Assembly (NCBI GenBank): GCA_965372795.1
Contig: CBDVDR010000004.1
Coordinates: 128,001 to 192,000, forward strand
Length of the DNA stretch: 64,000 nucleotides
From: an uncultured bacterium
GTDB taxonomy: Bacteria; Zixibacteria; MSB-5A5; GN15; FEB-12
Direction of reading: 5' to 3'
Below are positions 56,997 to 64,000 of this stretch, one piece after another. The notes under the pieces were generated by a model. That model did no database searches. It was not told the origin of the DNA and saw only the letters and a list, made by a program, of their open reading frames with translations. Position numbers and translations under genes: made by a program. Numbering within the stretch: position 1 is the stretch's first letter; each line of letters starts with the position of its first letter.

Positions 56997-59192
56997 ATGA
57001 AAGCAATTTTCGATAAACTCATGAAAACAAATATTATTAACACAACCATATTCAGAGAAAATAATATAAAGACTGCGGCAAAGATTGAAACGCTAAAATA
57101 TATCGGCAAAGGTCGCGCCTCTAGGGCTGTTTTAGTTAAAGTCACAACCGCAGAAAATGAATCTTTTGAATGTGTCGAAAAAATATTTAACCCCGGCTTC
57201 CTGACAAAATTTATTTACTGGTTTTCTTTCCAGTCTCCCTTCGCCTACCAGTATAATCAAAATGCCATCAAAGCTGCCTTTTACCGTAGAAAAGTTGCTT
57301 CTAAAATATTATCACTTCTCGGAAAAGAAAATCTGGTTGCTGAACCATACTACACCCGATGGGATGAAGAAAATCAGGCTTATGTTTTAGCGGCAAAGTT
57401 TATTAAAGGGCGAGGGATTATTCCACAGCAAAGTGACTCCTTCATAATCCGAAGATTTTTATACAAAATCTTCGTTAAACCGTTTACTAATAATCGTCCA
57501 CAAAACTTAAACCTCGACACCCCGCCTTTTGAAGAAAAAAAAGAAATCACAAGTCACATGAAAAAATGTGAAAACCTTTTCCTTCAATCAGGATTGGTCG
57601 GTTCCGGATGGCAGGTTTCAACCAGAGCCTTGGTTGCCACAGCCAATCTTTTAAGAACTAAAGATAAATATGTTATAATCGACCTCGAATCAGGCATCCC
57701 GGCATTTTTGATCCCCTATTATCTGTTTCGATCTTTAATAACTATGCGATTTCCATATTTTGATGATCTTGAATCAGCACCATTGAAAAAATTTATTGAA
57801 AGCAATAAAACTGAACTGACCAAAGCCATCGGTGAACTCAAGTATGACCAACTTTGCACCGATGTAAATCATCTTATTACATTTTCTGAAAATTGGAAGG
57901 CTGAAGAAATATCTGTTTTCAGAAATTTCTTTTCACTTTTCAAAAGATCAAAAAGAAAACAGATTATTCAATACCGATTGCGAACCTGGAATAAAATTGA
58001 AATTATTGATAATGATTATTATAATAAAGTTAAAGATACAAATCGGTTATTTACTCAGTCAATTTTTCTATTAGGTATTTTCCCCGGCAGAATTGGTCGT
58101 TTTTTAAGAAAGCTAAAAGGGAACAAAGAATATTATAAAAAGACAAAATCCTTTTTCCTAAGCAGTTACGACCGAAGAATTATTATTGGAGATTATGTTG
58201 ATTCGCACTATGAAAAATGGCTCGATGAAGAAAGAATCTCGCCTGATTTTAAATTTAAGAAATACAGCCTTAGTCTAAAATTTATTTCCAATCTGTTTCT
58301 GGGGAAAATATTCCCGATAGGTTTCCACAAAATTGTCGTAAACAAAATCTATCGTAAAAAAATATTTACCCGCATCGGTTTGCTCTTTGTCTCCAATAAA
58401 TTTCAGTTGGAATATTCCAAATATGTCATCTATAGCGAATTATACTTCTGGAAAAAACATGGGCGCATCTCCTCAAAAGAATTTAAAAACCATATTAAAT
58501 ATCTTAAGGTTGGATATATTCAGGAATATTTAAGATCATTCAGTTTTCACCTCGGCCTAAAATTTTTCGAAGCCGTCACCTCGACTATAAAAATTATGGG
58601 GATCGCCTGGTATCTATCTACCTTCGCATCCAATTTTCCCGATGTGGACCCGGACTCACCGCTCACCCTCCGATTGATGACATCTTTTCTCCAAACTGCC
58701 GCTCTGAATCCTATTTCTATCCTCATGATAATTAACACCTCCGTCTGGAGAACCTTAATAACTCTCCAAAGAATGATCAGCATCCGAAGACGACATATTA
58801 CCTATCGCGTTGCTTTATTTTGGGGGATGATTCCGGCTTTAGGGACTCTGGCGTATCCGATGCAGCTTTATTCAAGCTGTCAGGAACTATCAATCTTTTT
58901 AATGAGAAACACAACCAGTCGTATCGGGCAAAAATTCCCTATCTATGGCGGGAAAGATTCGATTTTGGAATTGTGGTTTATCAAAACAATCAACTTAATT
59001 ATCGAATTTTTGGAAATTACCCGTTGGTTCTGGGAAATGACTTTTCAAAGAATTATTAAACTCTTTAAAAGAAAATCAAAAGCTAAACCGGCTGAAATTA
59101 CATTCACCGAATCTAAAAGGAAAGATCAAACTAAATTAGATTTGTTAGTAAAAGAGCATATAAAAGATATTTGGAAAGATTTTGAAATCTAA
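56997..59192 (+). CDS. Hypothetical 731-aa protein with kinase-like N-terminal motifs and hydrophobic C-terminal segments
   Basis: Long ORF; IGKGRAS, VEKIF, ANLL, IIDLESG. Confidence 0.65.
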   Translation: MKAIFDKLMKTNIINTTIFRENNIKTAAKIETLKYIGKGRASRAVLVKVTTAENESFECVEKIFNPGFLTKFIYWFSFQSPFAYQYNQNAIKAAFYRRKVASKILSLLGKENLVAEPYYTRWDEENQAYVLAAKFIKGRGIIPQQSDSFIIRRFLYKIFVKPFTNNRPQNLNLDTPPFEEKKEITSHMKKCENLFLQSGLVGSGWQVSTRALVATANLLRTKDKYVIIDLESGIPAFLIPYYLFRSLITMRFPYFDDLESAPLKKFIESNKTELTKAIGELKYDQLCTDVNHLITFSENWKAEEISVFRNFFSLFKRSKRKQIIQYRLRTWNKIEIIDNDYYNKVKDTNRLFTQSIFLLGIFPGRIGRFLRKLKGNKEYYKKTKSFFLSSYDRRIIIGDYVDSHYEKWLDEERISPDFKFKKYSLSLKFISNLFLGKIFPIGFHKIVVNKIYRKKIFTRIGLLFVSNKFQLEYSKYVIYSELYFWKKHGRISSKEFKNHIKYLKVGYIQEYLRSFSFHLGLKFFEAVTSTIKIMGIAWYLSTFASNFPDVDPDSPLTLRLMTSFLQTAALNPISILMIINTSVWRTLITLQRMISIRRRHITYRVALFWGMIPALGTLAYPMQLYSSCQELSIFLMRNTTSRIGQKFPIYGGKDSILELWFIKTINLIIEFLEITRWFWEMTFQRIIKLFKRKSKAKPAEITFTESKRKDQTKLDLLVKEHIKDIWKDFEI

Positions 59193-59200
59193 TCTCTGCC

Positions 59201-59770
59201 TCAATAATTATCAGCAGTTTCATTATAAATTGTCTTTGGAAGGTCTTGATGGACATGTTCACCATCGCGCTTGGTAATAACCGCCGGCGTTCCCGCAACC
59301 GTACAATTCGGAGGCACATCGCGCATCACAACAAAACTATTAGCACCGATTTTTACATTATCGCCAATAGTAATCGGACCCAGCAAAGTTGCTCCGGTGC
59401 CGATCAATACATTGTTGCCAAGGGTTGGGTGACGTTTGCCAATATGTTTCCCGGTTCCGCCTAAAGTAACATTATGAAAAAGAACACAATTCTCACCTAT
59501 TTCGGTAGTCTCTCCGATAACCAGTCCGGCTCCGTGATCACAGAAAAAACCTTTTCCAATTTGAGCTCCCGGATGAATTTCCAGTCCGGTTAAAAAACGG
59601 CTGATTTGAGATATTAATCGGGGAATGAAAGGAATGTTTATTTTCCATAAAAAATGCAAAAAACGATGCATTACTATGGCATGAAATCCCGGATATAGAA
59701 GGAATTCAATATTCCTGCAGGCAGGATCATTGCGATAGATTGCTTTTAAATCTTCAAAAATTGCGAGCAT
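59201..59770 (-). CDS. cysE: Serine O-acetyltransferase
   Basis: [45 protein letters not shown]. Confidence 0.95.
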   Translation of the reverse strand: MLAIFEDLKAIYRNDPACRNIEFLLYPGFHAIVMHRFLHFLWKINIPFIPRLISQISRFLTGLEIHPGAQIGKGFFCDHGAGLVIGETTEIGENCVLFHNVTLGGTGKHIGKRHPTLGNNVLIGTGATLLGPITIGDNVKIGANSFVVMRDVPPNCTVAGTPAVITKRDGEHVHQDLPKTIYNETADNY

Positions 59771-59801
59771 ACTTAATTATCGTCACTTTACTAAATAATT
59801 T

Positions 59802-60713
59802 TTATTCAAAAAGAGCCGTTGAAAGATATCTTTCACCCGAATCACAAACTATTGTCACCACATTTTTGCCCGGTCCGAGTTTCTGACCAACCTGTATAGC
59901 AGCCCAGATATTTGCTCCGGAGGATATTCCGCAAAGAATTCCATCTTTACGAGCCAGTTTTTTTGCTATTTCAAAAGCAATATCATTCTCCACCGTGATA
60001 ACCTCATCAACAACTTTTTTGTCATAATTACCAGGAATAAAACCACCGCCAATCCCCTGAATCGGATGGGGACCCGGTTCACCGCCTGATAAAACCGGTG
60101 AAGCTTTCGGCTCAACAGCATATATTTTACAGCCAAAATGATCTTTTAAAACTTTTCCGGCACCGCTGACTGTTCCCCCGGTTCCAACTCCGGACACAAA
60201 AGCATCAAGGTGCAGTTCAGCCATATCTTTAATTATTTCAGGACCGGTGGTTTTTGCATGAATGGCAGGATTGGATGGATTGTCAAATTGAGAAGGTTGA
60301 AAATTGCCATTCACTTTTGTGAGGTCATTGGCTTTTGCGATTGCGCCTTTCATGCCCTCCGCTCCCGGCGTGAGAATCAATTCGGTTCCAAAAAACTTCA
60401 ATAACATTCTTCTTTCCATACTCATTGTGTCAGGCATTACCAGAACACATTGATAGCCTTTAGATGCGGCAACCATGGCGATTGCAATGCCCGTATTTCC
60501 GGAAGTTGGTTCGATAATTGTCATACCTTGTTTCAAAAGTCCTTTTTCTTCAGCATCTTTTATCATTGATGCCCCAATCCGGTCTTTGACTGAACTTCCC
60601 GGATTACTACTTTCGAGTTTTACATAGATATTTGCACAACCATCAGGAACTACCTTATTAATTTTTACTAAAGGGGTATTTCCTATCGAATCAATTATAT
60701 TTTCATATCTCAT
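59802..60713 (-). CDS. cysK: Cysteine synthase A
   Basis: IGNTPLV, NPGSSVKDR, PTSGNTG, GVGTGGT, HPIQGIG, DSGERYLS. Confidence 0.95.
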   Translation of the reverse strand: MRYENIIDSIGNTPLVKINKVVPDGCANIYVKLESSNPGSSVKDRIGASMIKDAEEKGLLKQGMTIIEPTSGNTGIAIAMVAASKGYQCVLVMPDTMSMERRMLLKFFGTELILTPGAEGMKGAIAKANDLTKVNGNFQPSQFDNPSNPAIHAKTTGPEIIKDMAELHLDAFVSGVGTGGTVSGAGKVLKDHFGCKIYAVEPKASPVLSGGEPGPHPIQGIGGGFIPGNYDKKVVDEVITVENDIAFEIAKKLARKDGILCGISSGANIWAAIQVGQKLGPGKNVVTIVCDSGERYLSTALFE

Positions 60714-60823
60714 TGAATGCTCCTAATTTATTATATTTTCCATAAATACGAAAAAGATATCAAATTGATTGTTTTATATTATCGGCTGGAATAAGAATAT
60801 CTGAACTATTTGGTCTATTTTAG

Positions 60824-61768
60824 CTATTTTACCATTGGATGAGAATTTTTAGTCAAGCCAGTCACTTTAGCTTCTCTTAGATTATGCACCAACTCAATTG
60901 AAGGACGGGCAACATCCAACCCAAAACCTCGTCCGGCAAGAATTTCTTTATAGATAACCGTATGAAGATCAGCAAATCCGCCCGAGAACTCTATTTCATC
61001 ATTATCTACAGTTATTGAACGAAATGTCCTTTGCCCTTGATTGACTATATCTTCCGGTAAATCTTCGCTATCTATTGATAAAAACCATTTTACCCGGGCG
61101 TTTTCAAGTTCGATATAACCGGCTGTTTTGAGGGGATCATTCAGATGAACTTCAGCACCCTCGACCTTGCCAAAGAGCCACATTAACATATCAAAAAAAT
61201 GTATTCCGATATTGGAGGCAAGACCGCCCGACTTTTCAAGCTGCCCTTTCCACGAGACCAAATACCACGGACCGCGAGAAGTTATATAAGTCAGCGAAAT
61301 TTCTTTTTTACTTTTCGGAGGATCTTTATCAAGACGCTCTTTTAATTCTTTCAGTGAAGGATGGACTCGAAGTTGTAAGATTGTATTAATTTTTTTACCG
61401 TATTCAACTTCAAGTTCCTGAAGCGCATCTATATTCCACGGATTAAGCACTACCGGTTTTTCACAAATAACATCGGCGCCTTCCCGTAATGCAAATCGGG
61501 CATGAGCATCATGAAGATGGTTCGGTGAACAGATGGTCAGGTAATCAATTGCTTTTTCATGATTATGACGGCGAACCTTGTCAACAAACCGGTCGAATCT
61601 TTCAAACTCGGTAAAAAACCTGACATTACTAAAATACCCGTCAAGGATTCCGGCTGAATCATGTGGGTCAACTGCCGCAATTAGATTATTGTTGGTTTCT
61701 TTAATAGCTTTAAGATGTCTTTGTGCGATATATCCCGAAACACCGGTTATGGCAAAGTTTTTCGACAT
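60824..61768 (-). CDS. wbpB: Gfo/Idh/MocA oxidoreductase, UDP-GlcNAcA 3-dehydrogenase (WbpB/WlbA)-like
   Basis: GYIAQRHLKAI, FFTEFERFD, ICSPNHLHDAH, CEKP, YITSRGPWY..SWKG, NIGIHFFD, EFSGGFADLH. Confidence 0.85.
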   Translation of the reverse strand: MSKNFAITGVSGYIAQRHLKAIKETNNNLIAAVDPHDSAGILDGYFSNVRFFTEFERFDRFVDKVRRHNHEKAIDYLTICSPNHLHDAHARFALREGADVICEKPVVLNPWNIDALQELEVEYGKKINTILQLRVHPSLKELKERLDKDPPKSKKEISLTYITSRGPWYLVSWKGQLEKSGGLASNIGIHFFDMLMWLFGKVEGAEVHLNDPLKTAGYIELENARVKWFLSIDSEDLPEDIVNQGQRTFRSITVDNDEIEFSGGFADLHTVIYKEILAGRGFGLDVARPSIELVHNLREAKVTGLTKNSHPMVK

Positions 61769-62048
61769 TATTTCCCTAATCTGTTTTTACATGTTATACA
61801 ATCTTTATTCATTTTAATTGCAATTTGATAAAAAGGCAAGAAATGAAGTGATATTTTATAAGATTCGGTTGATTTGGTTTAAAATATTAGTTCAAAGGCA
61901 AATTATAATCAGTATCACTTATTTCATAAATATTTTACAAAATAACTAACAAAACTGGATTTTAAGCGTAAAAATTGTATTATTTGAATAATTTATTATC
62001 TATTATTAAAAATAATCGGTGCCCATCTTTAAATAATAAGAGGTCCAG

Positions 62049-62405
62049 ATGTCAAACAATTCTGTCTGTCATATCGAAATTGCCGCCAAAGATAGCAAAA
62101 AATCCGCTGAATTTTATAAATCTCTTTTTGGCTGGAAACTAAACTTTGAAATGAGTGAAGACTATATCTTCTTTATGCCGGATAACGGTACAGGTGGAGC
62201 AATTTCCAAAATGGAAAACTTTACTCCCGGTGATTCAATCGTTGTCTACATCCAGGTAGAAGATATTGAAGCTTCTCTGAAACATGTTGTTGAGCTTGGC
62301 GGTACTGAAAAAACAGCTAAAACTGAAATTCCCGGTCATGGCTGGTATGGCGTGTTTAAAGATTTGTATGGTAATCCAATCGGTTTGTTTACACCGAAAA
62401 ACTAA
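62049..62405 (+). CDS. VOC/glyoxalase family protein
   Basis: VCHIEI, FYKSLFGW, VYIQVEDI, FKDLYGNPIGL. Confidence 0.88.
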   Translation: MSNNSVCHIEIAAKDSKKSAEFYKSLFGWKLNFEMSEDYIFFMPDNGTGGAISKMENFTPGDSIVVYIQVEDIEASLKHVVELGGTEKTAKTEIPGHGWYGVFKDLYGNPIGLFTPKN

Positions 62406-62448
62406 TTTACAGAAGCTCGCATAATCGGGCTCTTTTTATGAGGATGAT

Positions 62449-63021
62449 ATGGATACGAATGAAATAAAAAAACAAATTGGCGTGTTAGAAAAAGAAATGA
62501 CAAATAGCCGGATTAAACTCGAAAAATTAAGAAGACAAATGAATTCTGATAAACTCAAAGATTACCGGCTAAAAGACCTTGATGGTAATTCTGTCTCTCT
62601 TTCGAGTCTTTTCGGTGATAAAAATGATTTGATTCTGGTTCACAACATGGGCAAAGGCTGTTCCTATTGCACCATGTGGGCTGATGGTTTCATCGGCATC
62701 AAAGATCATCTGGGCGACCGCGCCTCTTTTGTAATGGTGTCACATGACAAACCGGAGATTGCCAAAGAATTTACCTCCGGCCGAGACTGGACATTCAGAA
62801 TCCTGTCGAATGATGATAAGTTTAATTTTGATATGGGCTTTGAAACTGACGATGGCAGCCCGCATCCGGGGATTTCTACTTTCCACAAAAATGATGAAGG
62901 CGAAATCCATCGTATTTCCCAAGCTCCATTTGGTCCCGGCGATGATTTCTGCTCTGTCTGGCATATGCTGGATATGCTCAAAGATGGTCCCAATGACTGG
63001 AACCCAAAATATTCATACTAA
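62449..63021 (+). CDS. DUF899 family thioredoxin-fold protein
   Basis: LRRQM, LSSLFG..DLILVH, GCSYCTMWADG, GISTF, WHMLDM. Confidence 0.85.
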   Translation: MDTNEIKKQIGVLEKEMTNSRIKLEKLRRQMNSDKLKDYRLKDLDGNSVSLSSLFGDKNDLILVHNMGKGCSYCTMWADGFIGIKDHLGDRASFVMVSHDKPEIAKEFTSGRDWTFRILSNDDKFNFDMGFETDDGSPHPGISTFHKNDEGEIHRISQAPFGPGDDFCSVWHMLDMLKDGPNDWNPKYSY

Positions 63022-63036
63022 TTAAATATTTGAATT

Positions 63037-63070
63037 AAAAAAACCGCTCTTAAAAAAGAGCGGTTTTTTT
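63037..63070. terminator. Bidirectional Rho-independent terminator
   Basis: AAAAAAACCGCTCTT..AAGAGCGGTTTTTTT between convergent genes. Confidence 0.9.
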
Positions 63071-63072
63071 AT

Positions 63073-63969
63073 TTAACCTACTTCTGATATTCGCTTATTA
63101 ATATTATCCCAAATATCTTTCCAGGATTTATCAAACCCTTCTTTCTGATAAGCATCTCGCGCTTGTTTTAGAAGTTTGAGACCTTCCTCTTTTTCCCCTA
63201 AGCCTATCATGGCTTCACCAAGATCTTCACATGCTTGCCCGATAGCAGAATTATTATTTAATCTTTCCGCCCAGGCTAATACCGGACGAAGCCATTTCCC
63301 GGCTTCTTCATAATTTCCTAATAACCTGTAGGTCATCCCCACATGGTAATCAGCAAATAATTTTCCGGTTTCCCCCGAAAAACGCCAATGATATTCACGA
63401 GCCTTGATATAGCAACTTAAGGCCGAGTCGTACTGTTTTTTATCATAATATGTTCCGGCAAGATTATTCCATAACGGTCCCAGCCATTTTTCCTGATCGT
63501 TGGCTTCGGCGGCTTCTATCCCTTTCATACTCCACTCTAATTGATCTTCAAAATTATCCGCTACTATGGCAATCATATGAGCCGCATCAACGGCTCTTCC
63601 CCATAGAGAATTAACAACACAATAATTGTACATCTGATCAAAGGTCTGCCTTGATTTCACAAGATCGCTGTTCTGCCACTCAAATCGCCCCTTTACCCCC
63701 AGATATCGAGACCAGCCATAGGGGTCACTTTCGCGGGCTATTGATCCGGCTTCTTCAAGAAATACCTGTCCTTCATCTTTATTACCTAAGATGAGATTCA
63801 TTCGCGCCATTTGTGACATTGCTTCAGCGTCAACTGAGGGGTTAAACTCTTCCTTAGCTTTTATTGATACTTTATGATAGAGTTCAAGGGCAGATTTATA
63901 ATCTCTTGCCTGAAAAACCGAGTCTGCTTCTTCAAGCATCAGACCGGCTGTCATTTCCTGTTCAACCAC
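63073..63969 (-). CDS. Tetratricopeptide repeat protein (may extend beyond the right edge)
   Basis: Helical TPR-like repeats (NNLAGTYY..QYDSAL..Y). The frame stays open to the window edge, although AAGGAG also precedes the GTG at 63969. Confidence 0.75.
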   Translation of the reverse strand: MVEQEMTAGLMLEEADSVFQARDYKSALELYHKVSIKAKEEFNPSVDAEAMSQMARMNLILGNKDEGQVFLEEAGSIARESDPYGWSRYLGVKGRFEWQNSDLVKSRQTFDQMYNYCVVNSLWGRAVDAAHMIAIVADNFEDQLEWSMKGIEAAEANDQEKWLGPLWNNLAGTYYDKKQYDSALSCYIKAREYHWRFSGETGKLFADYHVGMTYRLLGNYEEAGKWLRPVLAWAERLNNNSAIGQACEDLGEAMIGLGEKEEGLKLLKQARDAYQKEGFDKSWKDIWDNINKRISEVG

Positions 63970-64000
63970 AACATCTCCTTTTCCTTGTTTCTCTATTGCA

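Overview
AT-rich bacterial chromosomal window, probably from the FCB superphylum. The Cys-flanked dockerin-like tail and NYPNPFN 'T9SS/FlgD'-type tails suggest candidate division Zixibacteria; this is an inference. Left to right: (i) a type IV pilin and a PilR/NtrC-type sigma-54 activator, with readable sigma-54 promoter elements; (ii) a large B12/biotin acyl-CoA cluster (MeaB, two mutase large subunits with isobutyryl-CoA-type and methylmalonyl-CoA-type signatures, one B12-binding small subunit, acyl-CoA dehydrogenase, propionyl-CoA carboxylase, epimerase); (iii) housekeeping genes (recJ, RNase P RNA, guaB, tRNA-Val(CAC), tRNA-Ile2(CAT)), an aminotransferase/omega-amidase pair and an orphan substrate-binding-domain/TolC fusion; (iv) a ~33 kb cell-surface/exopolysaccharide region; (v) cysE-cysK, an orphan wbpB, and VOC, DUF899 and TPR genes. 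Region (iv) holds exosortase + EpsI, a PEP-CTERM protein, three large T9SS-CTD-like surface proteins, a dockerin-like protein, two Tat-exported DUF362 paralogs, a Wzx/Wzy-type polysaccharide operon with unusual tailoring genes, a catalytically degenerate SGNH protein and a kinase-like unknown. It is the best candidate for an undescribed system. No transposase, integrase, prophage or CRISPR array was seen. All calls come from motif reading, not database searches.
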